NCBI GenBank assembly: GCA_902596985.1
Contig: CACJWR010000004.1
Span: 2,492 to 66,491 of the forward strand
Origin: an uncultured Alphaproteobacteria bacterium
Lineage (GTDB): Bacteria; Pseudomonadota; Alphaproteobacteria; Rhodobacterales; Rhodobacteraceae
Direction of reading: 5' to 3'
Length of the DNA: 64,000 nucleotides
The number at the start of each line of letters is the position of its first letter. The stretch's first letter is position 1. The translations under genes were made by a program, and so were the position numbers. Of the stretch, positions 39,725 to 48,819 are shown piece by piece. The notes under the pieces are model-generated. The model had not been told where the DNA came from and did not search any database. It worked only from the letters and a program-made list of their open reading frames with translations.

Positions 39725-40530
39725 TCACCATTTAAATTTAACCCAGCTAACAGCATCCTCATTTCTTGTCGAGCTGATACATGGCTAAGAGTAGGTTGCC
39801 AATCCGCCATTTTTTCGAGATCAAGTAAAGTTAATCCAGACAAAAACAATTCTTTAAATATAACTCGCTCCGAAAATCCTGTACTTAACCGAAAACCAAT
39901 TCTCTTTGAGAGATTTTTTAGAGAGTTACCAACCTGATGCTTATTTTTACTAAATACGTGTGACATCCGGTTTCTGAGTATAATCCAATCGATTGGTGGA
40001 TGTTTTGCCGATGCCCTTATTTGTCTGCATTCCCAAACCATTTCTGAATAAATCGAAGGTCCGACCACTTTTCCTGTTGACGCTTCTATCTTCGCTAAAA
40101 GATCAAAATCAATCAAACTATCATTCATCGGTGTCACTAGTATATCAGCTACGGTGTGAGCCATCTTTACGTAATTTGATATGCCCCCAGGACAGTCAAT
40201 AATTAAAAAGTCACATGTTTCTTCTAAAGTGGTTAAGGCGTCTGCAAATCTTTTCTCTTCCTCTGAATTAGACTCAGCTTTGCTGTCTTTATTAGATTGA
40301 TCAATTTTATAGAAAGTTGGTTTTGGTAAATCAGACTTTTGTTTTCTACAAAAATCAGAACGATTTTCTAAGAATCTAAACATACTTTTCTGTCTAATAT
40401 CTAGATCAATAATACCTACATTCTTATTCTGGTAACATAGAGCTATAGCCACGTGTATAGCCGTTGTCGATTTTCCAGACCCCCCTTTTTCATTACCAAA
40501 AACGATAATCTTTGCCATTTTTTCTGCCAA
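39721..40530 (-). CDS. mipZ: division-plane positioning ATPase MipZ (ParA/MinD superfamily)
   Basis: IIVFGNEKGGSGKSTTAIHVAIAL deviant Walker A, about 270 aa, in an alphaproteobacterial context. Confidence 0.8.
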   Translation of the reverse strand: MAEKMAKIIVFGNEKGGSGKSTTAIHVAIALCYQNKNVGIIDLDIRQKSMFRFLENRSDFCRKQKSDLPKPTFYKIDQSNKDSKAESNSEEEKRFADALTTLEETCDFLIIDCPGGISNYVKMAHTVADILVTPMNDSLIDFDLLAKIEASTGKVVGPSIYSEMVWECRQIRASAKHPPIDWIILRNRMSHVFSKNKHQVGNSLKNLSKRIGFRLSTGFSERVIFKELFLSGLTLLDLEKMADWQPTLSHVSARQEMRMLLAGLNLNGD

Positions 40531-40574
40531 GATTTATAGGTCTCTAGGTAGAGAATACACTAAAATAAAAGATA

Positions 40575-40796
40575 TTAGAGCTTAAACCCCTCATACTTTT
40601 TCTTAAATTTCGAAACTCTTCCACCAGTATCGAGTAGTTTTTGTGACCCTCCTGTCCATGCCGGATGAGTTAAGGGGTCTATTTCAAGATTCAGATTTTC
40701 ATCCGTTTTGCCATATGTAGACCTAGTCTTATATATCGTTCCATCCGTCATCTTTACGTTAATAAAATGGTAATCTGGGTGTATATTTCTTTTCAT
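40575..40796 (-). CDS. rpmE: 50S ribosomal protein L31
   Basis: [10 protein letters not shown]...HPAWTG. No CxxC motif is present. Confidence 0.93.
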   Translation of the reverse strand: MKRNIHPDYHFINVKMTDGTIYKTRSTYGKTDENLNLEIDPLTHPAWTGGSQKLLDTGGRVSKFKKKYEGFKL

Positions 40797-40799
40797 TTT

Positions 40800-41195
40800 T
40801 TAGCCCTCTGCTTTAGTCGAGGTGCTAATTTCGTTCTTATAATTCGTCTTCTCAGCTATTCTAGCAGACTTTCCTCTTAGCCCTCTCAAGTAATACAGTT
40901 TAGATCTTCTAACCCGACCTCTTCGCACGACAGTAATTGAGTCAATGTTTGTGGAGTAAAGTGGAAAGACTCTTTCAACTCCTTCCCCAAATGATATTTT
41001 CCTAACAGTAAAAGACGCAGATAATGTAGACCCGCCCTTCCTTGCGATCACAACGCCTTCGTAGTTTTGTATTCTGGTTCGTTCACCCTCGGTTATTTTG
41101 TAGCCTACTCTTATAGTATCGCCAGAAGCAAAATCAGGTATAGTTTTACCAATATTTTCTATGTGTTTATTTTCAATTTTCTCAATGATATGCAT
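40800..41195 (-). CDS. rplS: 50S ribosomal protein L19
   Basis: [31 protein letters not shown] and [15 protein letters not shown] motifs. Confidence 0.95.
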   Translation of the reverse strand: MHIIEKIENKHIENIGKTIPDFASGDTIRVGYKITEGERTRIQNYEGVVIARKGGSTLSASFTVRKISFGEGVERVFPLYSTNIDSITVVRRGRVRRSKLYYLRGLRGKSARIAEKTNYKNEISTSTKAEG

Positions 41196-41220
41196 TTTTA
41201 GACCATCAAAATTTCTTTAA

Positions 41221-41955
41221 CTATTTTCTTTTAATCTTTTTTTTATTTTTTTCAACGTATTTAATAAATAAATCGGGTCTATTTTTTTTTGTGATTTGTT
41301 CCGATGATGTATTTTTCCACTCCAATATTCTGTGGTGATCACCAGATCGAAGAATTTCTGGTACTTTCATCCCGTTCCAGTCTATTGGTTTCGTGAACTG
41401 TGGCGCTTCAAGCAAATCATCTGTGAAACTTTCTGAAATAATAGATTCCTCATTACCTAAAGTGCCAGGAAGCAATCTCACTAGGGTATCCAATAAAACC
41501 ATAGCTCCCAATTCACCTCCCGTTAAAATGAAATCTCCAATAGATATTTCCTTCATCTGATGTTTGTCAATAACCCTCTGATCGATACCTTCAAACCTGC
41601 CACAAACAATTATTATCTCATTATATTGAGCCATATCTTTCACTAAGTTTTGGTTCAAAGGAATACCCTTTGGGCTCATACAAACTATAAGCTTATTTTT
41701 ACCACTGATTAAACTATTTGCTTTTAGTATGGCTTCATCTAAAACATCAGGCATTAAAATCATTCCCGGCCCACCCGAAATTGGTTTATCATCTACTTTT
41801 TTGTGTCTACCCTTTCCATATTTTTTCAAGTTGATGGTTTCTAGGGACCAAAGCTTGTTTTCTAATGCTCTACCTGTAACTGAGGCTGATAATGGACCAG
41901 GAAAAAGCTCCGGGAAAAGAGTTATAACCTTAGCGCATAGTTGAGTTTTACACAT
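41221..41955 (-). CDS. trmD: tRNA (guanine37-N1)-methyltransferase
   Basis: ITLFPELF, SGGPGMILMPD, CGRFEGIDQRV and SIGDFILTGGE motifs. Confidence 0.95.
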   Translation of the reverse strand: MCKTQLCAKVITLFPELFPGPLSASVTGRALENKLWSLETINLKKYGKGRHKKVDDKPISGGPGMILMPDVLDEAILKANSLISGKNKLIVCMSPKGIPLNQNLVKDMAQYNEIIIVCGRFEGIDQRVIDKHQMKEISIGDFILTGGELGAMVLLDTLVRLLPGTLGNEESIISESFTDDLLEAPQFTKPIDWNGMKVPEILRSGDHHRILEWKNTSSEQITKKNRPDLFIKYVEKNKKKIKRK

Positions 41956-41977
41956 CTTGTTTATATTTTATTCGAGT

Positions 41978-42502
41978 TCAGCTAAGTAAGCCTTTGATTG
42001 GTGTCAATAAAATTTCCCTATTACTTAAGTCTATTTTACCTACATTATCTCTATCAAAAGGGATGTATATTGTTGCATCTTTATCGTCAAGTGAAACTTC
42101 TAATACATCTCCACTACCAAAATTAAAAACATCTTTTACGACACCTTTTTGTATACTTCCATCAATTTTAATCTGAAGTCCTTTTAGGTCTTCATAATAA
42201 AATTCGTTAGCCATTAATTTAGGCAGGAATTTTTTCTCGAGAAATATAAGCTGACCTTTCAAACCTTCTGCAAGTTCTTTGTTTTTAGTTTCAGCCATAG
42301 ATGCAATCCATATCGATTTCTTTGAATTCTTTAAAAATTTGATTTTGGTCTTCAGTAGTGAGTTGCCTAGAAAAAATACCTTAAGGGTTCGTAGAAGTTT
42401 TAAATCTTCAAGATAAACATCCACTTTTATTTGGCCCTGCAAACCGTATGCACCAATTACCTTGCCAACAGTAATAAAATTATTTAGTAGCCCCTTGGTC
42501 AG
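41978..42502 (-). CDS. rimM: ribosome maturation factor RimM (start uncertain; no ATG/GTG/TTG upstream of the conserved N-terminal motif)
   Basis: The ORF-track start (TTG 42442) cuts off the in-frame, family-typical ITVGKVIGAYGLQGQIKV. The frame is open to 42520. Candidate starts are CTG 42502 or ATT 42475. A PRC-barrel C-terminus is present, and the gene sits in the rpsP-rimM-trmD-rplS order. Confidence 0.75.
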   Translation of the reverse strand: MTKGLLNNFITVGKVIGAYGLQGQIKVDVYLEDLKLLRTLKVFFLGNSLLKTKIKFLKNSKKSIWIASMAETKNKELAEGLKGQLIFLEKKFLPKLMANEFYYEDLKGLQIKIDGSIQKGVVKDVFNFGSGDVLEVSLDDKDATIYIPFDRDNVGKIDLSNREILLTPIKGLLS

Positions 42503-42608
42503 ATCCCAATACCAATCTAATTAATGATAACTTTTAAGGCACTAAGAGGGTTTTGTAAAACAAGAGCTCCATCAAAGCCATATTTGTTGGTCCTACCAAA
42601 CCTTTTTG

Positions 42609-42998
42609 TTATTTTGGTTCTTCAGCGGGAGCTTCCTCAGCTTTTGGTTCTTCAGCGGGAGCTTCCTCAGCTTTTGGTTCTTCAGCAGGAGCTTCCTCAG
42701 CTTCTTTTTTAGGTTTTGCCTTTATAGGATTATTTCGTATTTTTTTTGGAAGTATTTCTAAGTTTTCTAATAATCTGCTTATCCTGTCAGTTGTTTGCGC
42801 TCCCTTGGATAGCCAATCCTTTATTCTGTCCAAGTCCAAATTTACCCTATTTTTGTCCTCTTTATTTAGGAGAGGATTATAAGTACCTAACTTTTCTATA
42901 AATCTTCCGTCTCTAGGCATTCTACTGTCAGCAGCAACGACTCGGTAAAAGGGCCTCTTTTTTGAACCGGCCCTAGCTAGCCTTATTTTAATACTCAT
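42609..42998 (-). CDS. rpsP: 30S ribosomal protein S16 with repetitive acidic/Pro/Lys C-terminal extension
   Basis: [26 protein letters not shown] core. The C-terminus is ([10 protein letters not shown])x3. Confidence 0.93.
   Translation of the reverse strand: MSIKIRLARAGSKKRPFYRVVAADSRMPRDGRFIEKLGTYNPLLNKEDKNRVNLDLDRIKDWLSKGAQTTDRISRLLENLEILPKKIRNNPIKAKPKKEAEEAPAEEPKAEEAPAEEPKAEEAPAEEPK
42612..42701. repeat. 3 x 30 bp direct tandem repeat (two identical units and a third with one mismatch at 42687) encoding the S16 C-terminus
   Basis: Units at 42612-42641, 42642-42671 and 42672-42701: TTTTGGTTCTTCAGC(G/A)GGAGCTTCCTCAGC. Each unit has 15-bp internal half-periodicity. Confidence 0.95.
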
Positions 42999-43001
42999 AA
43001 A

Positions 43002-43310
43002 TTATTCTCCTATTTCTTTCTTTATTTGCTCGTGTTTTTTCTTTGATTCAGTTGTTATCAGGTTCATGAGATTTACTACGAATTCTTTATCGAGATCACT
43101 ATCTCCGATAAGCTTTTCAAGTGTCTTCACTTGTTCTTGTTCCCTTTCCTCATCATGCGGCTCAATATTGTTTTCAGCTTTTATTAGCCCAATTTTCTTT
43201 GTAACCGAAAATCTTTCTATTAAAGCGTTTATTATTATTGCATCGAGCCTATCGATAGTACTTCTCTCATTTTTTAACAATAAATCAACATTAATTTTGT
43301 TTTTTTTCAT
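43002..43310 (-). CDS. chorismate mutase (AroQ class)
   Basis: About 100 aa helical protein with RSTIDRLDAIIINALIERFSVTKKIGLIK, in the conserved position between ffh and rpsP. Confidence 0.75.
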   Translation of the reverse strand: MKKNKINVDLLLKNERSTIDRLDAIIINALIERFSVTKKIGLIKAENNIEPHDEEREQEQVKTLEKLIGDSDLDKEFVVNLMNLITTESKKKHEQIKKEIGE

Positions 43311-43314
43311 TTGT

Positions 43315-44769
43315 TTATTTTTTAAAGTTTAATCCGGTTAGGTTTGTTGGAAGTTTCGATCCCAATTGCTTTTGTAGTAATTGTGCATCAGGCAAAGAAG
43401 GTACCATACCATCATTCTTTCCTGACATCTGCTGCATGAAGCTTTTTAACATGCCTTTGCCGCCCATTTTACCCATTCTTTTCATCATATCTGACATTTG
43501 CCTATGCATCTTGATCAACTTATTTAATTCGGGTACCTCTAGCCCTGCGCCAAGTGCTATCCTTCTCTTTCTACTTGCCTGAAGAAGGTTCGGAGCCAAT
43601 CGTTCTTTTTTAGTCATTGATTGAATCAAGGCAATTTGGCGTTTTATAACAGAGTCATCAAGAGATTTATCATCTAAATTTTTCATTATCTTTCCCATTC
43701 CAGGCATCATTCCCATCAAGCTCTGCAGTCCACCCATTTTTTGCATTTGCTCCAACTGGTTTTTTAAATCATTCATATTGAACAACCCTTTTTGGAAACG
43801 GCGCATGGATCGCTCTGCTTTTTCGGCTTCCAGTGTTTCAGAAGCTTTTTCAACTAAGGAAACTATATCACCCATACCTAGTATTCTTCTAGCAATACGA
43901 TCAGGATGAAATTCTTCTAATGCATCAACTTTCTCACCAGTACCTATAAATTTTATCGATTTACCTATCGTTGAAACCATTGAGAGGGCTGCTCCCCCTC
44001 TACCATCGCCATCCATTCTAGTTAAGACAACCCCTGAAATATTTAATCGCTGGTTGAACGCGCTAGCTACATTAACGGCCTCTTGACCGGTCAATCCATC
44101 AGCTATCAGAAGTGTCTCATTAGGATTACTTAAATCTTTAATCTTTTCGATTTCTGTCATTAGCTCATCGTCTATTTGCATTCTGCCCGCAGAATCAAGA
44201 ATAATTACATCATATCCTCCTAAAGATGCTTGCTGCATTGCTCTGGAAGTAATTTGCTCCGGTGACTGATTCTTTACAATTGGCAAGGTATCAATTGAGT
44301 TACTTTTACCCAATATTTCAAGCTGTTCCATGGCTGCTGGGCGTCTTGTGTCTAAACTAGCTAATAAAACTTTTTTCTTTTCTTTATTTTGTAACCTTAA
44401 AGCTAATTTCGCTGAGGTTGTAGTTTTTCCCGAGCCTTGTAACCCTACCATTAAAATTGTTGCGGGTGGATTATCAATTTTAAGAGCATTTGATGTTTCG
44501 CTGTGGCCTTCTAATACCTTTATTAATTCATCATGCACTATTTTAATTACTTGTTGACCGGGAGTAACCGATTTAGTTACCGCTTGTCCCCGTGCTTTTT
44601 CTCCTACTGATTTTACAAACCTTTTTGTTATCTCTAATGATACATCGGCTTCCAATAAAGCTATCCTGACTTCTCGCAAAGCAGTTGATATCTCATCCTC
44701 TCTAAGCACCCCCTGCTTAGTTAGCTTTTCTAGGGCGTTAGAGAAACCTTGTGATAGCGTTTCAAACAT
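43315..44769 (-). CDS. ffh: signal recognition particle protein Ffh
   Basis: NG domain (GLQGSGKTTT, DTRRPAA, DSAGR, TRMDGDGRGG) and a Met-rich M domain. Confidence 0.95.
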   Translation of the reverse strand: MFETLSQGFSNALEKLTKQGVLREDEISTALREVRIALLEADVSLEITKRFVKSVGEKARGQAVTKSVTPGQQVIKIVHDELIKVLEGHSETSNALKIDNPPATILMVGLQGSGKTTTSAKLALRLQNKEKKKVLLASLDTRRPAAMEQLEILGKSNSIDTLPIVKNQSPEQITSRAMQQASLGGYDVIILDSAGRMQIDDELMTEIEKIKDLSNPNETLLIADGLTGQEAVNVASAFNQRLNISGVVLTRMDGDGRGGAALSMVSTIGKSIKFIGTGEKVDALEEFHPDRIARRILGMGDIVSLVEKASETLEAEKAERSMRRFQKGLFNMNDLKNQLEQMQKMGGLQSLMGMMPGMGKIMKNLDDKSLDDSVIKRQIALIQSMTKKERLAPNLLQASRKRRIALGAGLEVPELNKLIKMHRQMSDMMKRMGKMGGKGMLKSFMQQMSGKNDGMVPSLPDAQLLQKQLGSKLPTNLTGLNFKK

Positions 44770-44904
44770 TGGTACCTACTTATTGGTTGATAAAGTAATT
44801 AACAGAAATTAGCGTTTCGATACAATAAAATAAATGTTAATAAAAGAAAACCCCCTGTTTGCCAGCAAAATGTAATTGGCTGGCTTCGCTTCATTAGGAC
44901 GAAT

Positions 44905-45807
44905 ATGACTAAAACCATACTAACATTTTACAAGTTTTTGCATCTAAAGAACCCGCAGAAAGAAAAAGCAAAACTAGCAGCGTTCCTCGAAGATACTTCA
45001 ACGGTAGGTACGATAATACTTAGTAACGAGGGTATTAATGGGATGTGTTCTTTAGACCAAGATAAGACAGAAAAGGTGAAAAGCTTTCTCAAAAAAAATT
45101 TTACATTAACAAGTTCTGATTTTAAAGAGAATCTTGTGAGCTCTAATGTTTTCAAGAAATTGAGTGTTAAAGTAAAAAAGGAAATTGTCACGTTGGGGGT
45201 TCCTGAAATTGACCCTACAGCGATTGTAGGAACCTACATCGAGCCAGAAGAGTGGGATTCTTTTATTTCCAAAAAAGAGGTTATTACTATCGACACTAGA
45301 AATGACTTTGAAGTCGAATTAGGTACATTTGAGGGAAGCGTAAATCCTCAGACAGTCAGTTTTCATGAGTTTGTAGAGTGGTGGAAAGATAAAGGTAAAG
45401 CTCTTAAGAATAAAAAAATTGCGATGTTTTGTACTGGTGGAATAAGGTGCGAAAAGGCAACTAGTTTACTAAAGACTGAGGGATTAGAAGAGGTATATCA
45501 TTTGAAGGGTGGTATATTAAACTATTTCGATAAAGTCGGAAATTTGGAGACGTCAACATGGAAAGGAGATTGCTTTGTTTTTGACCAACGGGTAACAGTT
45601 AATAGCCATCTTGAACCAGGTGACTTTGAGTTATGTCACGCATGCAGAAGTCCTTTGAGATTGACTGACAAGAACCACGAGCATTATGAGAAAGGGATTT
45701 CTTGCCAAAAGTGTTTTGGTACTAAAACAGATAAAAAACTTTTATCTCTAAAGGAACGAAAAAAGCAAATTGATCTACTGAAAGATAGAAGAAGTAAAAA
45801 TGAATGA
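44905..45807 (+). CDS. trhO: rhodanese-domain tRNA uridine(34) hydroxylase TrhO (YceA/UPF0176)
   Basis: N-terminal YKF fold, rhodanese active-site loop CTGGIRCEKA and a C-terminal Cys-rich tail. Confidence 0.8.
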   Translation: MTKTILTFYKFLHLKNPQKEKAKLAAFLEDTSTVGTIILSNEGINGMCSLDQDKTEKVKSFLKKNFTLTSSDFKENLVSSNVFKKLSVKVKKEIVTLGVPEIDPTAIVGTYIEPEEWDSFISKKEVITIDTRNDFEVELGTFEGSVNPQTVSFHEFVEWWKDKGKALKNKKIAMFCTGGIRCEKATSLLKTEGLEEVYHLKGGILNYFDKVGNLETSTWKGDCFVFDQRVTVNSHLEPGDFELCHACRSPLRLTDKNHEHYEKGISCQKCFGTKTDKKLLSLKERKKQIDLLKDRRSKNE

Positions 45808-46915
45808 CGAGCAATCTCTTCTTAATATTTATAACGAGATGATCTCAAGCGATGAAATTGAAAAAAACAAATCGCAAGAAAAACTTGTATCTTTTCTTGA
45901 AGCTTTAAAAAAGAAATTGGAAAAGAGTGTACAGCTGAAACAGACAAAAACTAGGAAAATGTTTTCAAAGTTTTTTTCGAAAAAGTCCTCTGAGGAAAAA
46001 ATGGGAGTTTATATTTATGGAGGTGTTGGTATAGGAAAATCAATGCTAATGGATCTTTTTTTCAATCTATTGGATATAAAGGGAAAGAAAAGAATACATT
46101 TTCATGAATTTATGAAGCAACTGCACCAACTCATAAAAATTGCAAGAGAAAACAATATAAGAGATCCAATAAAATCGGTAGCTTCAGAGTACATAAAAGA
46201 CATTCAAGTGCTTTGTTTAGATGAAATGCAGATAACTGATGTAGCAGATGCAATGATAGTAGGAAGGGTTTTCGAGGAATTCCTAGGAAAGAAATTAAAC
46301 ATTGTAACAACATCAAACAGACATCCTAATGATCTATATAAAGATGGTCTAAATAGAAAGTTGTTTTTGCCCTTTATTGATATCATAGCGTCAAGTTTGA
46401 ATGTAGTGAAATTGTCGGCAGATGTTGACTACAGAAAGATAAAAATTGCCGGAAAGAAGAAATATTTTTTAAGTACGTCTTCTCAAGATAACAGCCAATT
46501 TAATGACCTCATATCCCAATTTAATCTTTATGGAAGTGCAGGAATAACGATACAAATGAACAGCCGTGAATTCAGAATAGAAAGGTTCGAGAGTGGTGTG
46601 GGCTTATTGAGATTCAACGAAATCTGTTCGATTCCTCTCAGTGCTTCAGATTATTTAGAAATAGTCAGCCACCTCAGATTATTGTTTTTGGATGAAATTC
46701 CAGATTTGTCGAATGGTGGAGATGATAGCGCTAAAAGATTTATTAATCTGATCGACAGTGTTTATGATAAAGAAGTTGAGATCCTTTGTAGAGCTGGGGT
46801 GCCTCCAGAAAAATTATATAATAGTGGAAACAATACCTTTGAATTTCAAAGGACTGTTTCAAGGCTTTTTGAAATGCAATCTAACAATTGGCCCAATAGA
46901 GAGAAAACTTGTTAA
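45800..46915 (+). CDS. zapE: AFG1-like ATPase / cell division protein ZapE
   Basis: Walker A GGVGIGKSMLMD, Walker B LCLDEMQITD and a TSN sensor. Confidence 0.85.
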   Translation: MNDEQSLLNIYNEMISSDEIEKNKSQEKLVSFLEALKKKLEKSVQLKQTKTRKMFSKFFSKKSSEEKMGVYIYGGVGIGKSMLMDLFFNLLDIKGKKRIHFHEFMKQLHQLIKIARENNIRDPIKSVASEYIKDIQVLCLDEMQITDVADAMIVGRVFEEFLGKKLNIVTTSNRHPNDLYKDGLNRKLFLPFIDIIASSLNVVKLSADVDYRKIKIAGKKKYFLSTSSQDNSQFNDLISQFNLYGSAGITIQMNSREFRIERFESGVGLLRFNEICSIPLSASDYLEIVSHLRLLFLDEIPDLSNGGDDSAKRFINLIDSVYDKEVEILCRAGVPPEKLYNSGNNTFEFQRTVSRLFEMQSNNWPNREKTC

Positions 46916-48819
46916 AGCGAAAAGGTTATCGATCCATTATACGGAAGCACTGATACTAACTTTACGCGAACTTCATCTCCAGTAGATAACCCCTTTTCTC
47001 TCGCTTTACTTTTTCTATACTTAAATGAAGATCTTTTTTTTTCGTTCTTGGAATCTAAATATTTTTTTAATAATACACCCTCAATTGGGAATTTTTTCAG
47101 CTTTATAAAAATACAGGATCTGGAAGAACCTGAAACTATACCATCGAAGTAATCATCGATGTGCTTAGACATAAATAGGGCTGAATAGCGATCTAAACTC
47201 TCTCGCTCGGCGCCAACCGATTTTTTTTCAGATTCGTTAATGATTTTGCAAATTGCCTTATGATCCTCCATAAAATTGTACTCATCCATCTCCCATTTTA
47301 GAGCGAAAGCCAACGAGCGATGTACGGTAAGATCTGCATATCTTCTTATTGGAGATGTGAAATGGCAATATAACGGCAGGTTAAGTCCAAAATGTCCAGC
47401 ATTTACATCTGAGTATTTTGCTTTTGGTAATATCCGCAATATGAAGTTGCTTAACAACTCTTTTTTTTCTGGATACTTGCAGTGTTTTAATAGCTCATTG
47501 AATGAATTCGAAGTAACATGTTTTCCTCTAATTGTTGCTAAATTATTTAAACTCATAAAAATGTTTAAATCTTTTAAAGCATATTTATCCGGCATTTCAT
47601 GGTATCGAGAAAGGTATTTTGTAATAGATTGACTAAGGGTTTGTGACACGCAGAGATTTGCAAGTATCATAGTCATTTCAATAAGTTCGTTACTTCTAAG
47701 ACTGTTCTTTTCAAAAACGTTTGTAGGGTAACCCTCTGAAGACAAAGAAATCTTTTTCTCAGCCAAATTTAAATTTAAGCGATTTTTTAAATGTGGCGAT
47801 TGCCTTAGAATATTTAATGCTCTCTTATATACGCTATATTTTTTTTTTGTTTTGCAATCTGATAAAAAGGATTCAAAGTTTTTATAAGAGTAATTTTTTT
47901 CAACAGTAATGATGCCTCTGATAAATTCATGCTTTATCTTGTAACCTCCATGATCTAAGCGCATTTTAACTACTACTGCTTTCTTAGGTAAGTTTTCCTT
48001 TAACGAACAGAGCTTATTGCTCAAATCTTCTGGGAGCATAGGGATAACTTTGTCAGGAAAATATGTTGAGTTCCCTCTCTTTAAGGCCTCTCTATCAATA
48101 GTAGAATTCGTTTTGACAAAATATGACACATCTGCAATGCCAACGAATAAAACTATGCCTCCTGGATTAGTCTTTGAATTATCTGTCTCTATATAGAGAG
48201 CATCATCTAAATCCTTCGCATCGTCTGGGTCTATGGTAATAAAGGGTTTGCCTATTTGATTTTCATTTTTTGAAATTTCATAATTTTTAAATATTTTATT
48301 TGCTTCATCTAGTACCTTTCTAGGAAAAAACTGTCTCAGGTTCCATTCGATCGCAGCTATTTTTGAAAAGCTACTTGGACAATTGATAGAGCCAAATATA
48401 TGAAAATCGTGTATTTTAATGTTCTTAGGATATTTTGAAGGGGTCCCTATTGCAAAATATCCAAATTTTTGGTCAAAATTTGCTCCCATTTTTAATGGAA
48501 GTACACTAAGTGGTTTATCCCCTTTATTTGATAATGAAGCTAATTTAGCGCCCGTTTGATCGTGGAGATACGCAGCGAATATATAGTTCTTTGGATATTG
48601 TATTTTCTTTAAAATCGATACCTCAGGGCTTTGTGCTTTGAGAAACTCAATCGAAGTAACTACAAGGTCACCAATGTTTAGGTTTTTTTTCTCTGAAGCG
48701 CTGCAAAAAAAATCGATTGGTGAACCGCCATTCGAACCACTGAGCGTAAATATTTCGTCATGGCTTATACTTGTAATTGCAAGGATCTTTTTCGAGTTAT
48801 GTTCTAAAGGCTGTATAAT
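46912..48819 (-). CDS. rnr: RNase II/R family 3'-5' exoribonuclease (start uncertain; about 115 extra in-frame N-terminal codons without a canonical start)
   Basis: RNB domain (DPDDAKDLDDALY, HFGL, YCHFTSPIRRYADLTVHR) and a C-terminal S1 domain. The ORF-track start is ATG 48489, but the frame is open to 48834 and encodes an OB/cold-shock-like segment (NIGDLVV). Candidate ATT 48819..48817 overlaps the topA stop. The gene follows topA, the usual alphaproteobacterial position. Confidence 0.8.
   Translation of the reverse strand: MIQPLEHNSKKILAITSISHDEIFTLSGSNGGSPIDFFCSASEKKNLNIGDLVVTSIEFLKAQSPEVSILKKIQYPKNYIFAAYLHDQTGAKLASLSNKGDKPLSVLPLKMGANFDQKFGYFAIGTPSKYPKNIKIHDFHIFGSINCPSSFSKIAAIEWNLRQFFPRKVLDEANKIFKNYEISKNENQIGKPFITIDPDDAKDLDDALYIETDNSKTNPGGIVLFVGIADVSYFVKTNSTIDREALKRGNSTYFPDKVIPMLPEDLSNKLCSLKENLPKKAVVVKMRLDHGGYKIKHEFIRGIITVEKNYSYKNFESFLSDCKTKKKYSVYKRALNILRQSPHLKNRLNLNLAEKKISLSSEGYPTNVFEKNSLRSNELIEMTMILANLCVSQTLSQSITKYLSRYHEMPDKYALKDLNIFMSLNNLATIRGKHVTSNSFNELLKHCKYPEKKELLSNFILRILPKAKYSDVNAGHFGLNLPLYCHFTSPIRRYADLTVHRSLAFALKWEMDEYNFMEDHKAICKIINESEKKSVGAERESLDRYSALFMSKHIDDYFDGIVSGSSRSCIFIKLKKFPIEGVLLKKYLDSKNEKKRSSFKYRKSKAREKGLSTGDEVRVKLVSVLPYNGSITFSL

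Noticed and set aside
42612-42701. Possible CRISPR-like array, because of the identical 30-bp direct repeats.
   Set aside because: The units are contiguous with no spacers, lie in-frame inside rpsP, and there are no cas genes in the window.
42524-42712. + strand ORF encoding repeated [10 protein letters not shown] peptides.
   Set aside because: It is the reverse-strand shadow of the rpsP tandem repeat. The repetitive peptide is a by-product of the 30-bp repeat and not an independent gene.
44861-44884. GC-rich hairpin GCCAGC-N12-GCTGGC, 20 nt upstream of trhO in the ffh/trhO divergent spacer.
   Set aside because: The stem is only 6 bp, there is no flanking T-run and it is not downstream of any gene. 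It is too little to call a regulatory RNA structure, though it stands out in AT-rich DNA.
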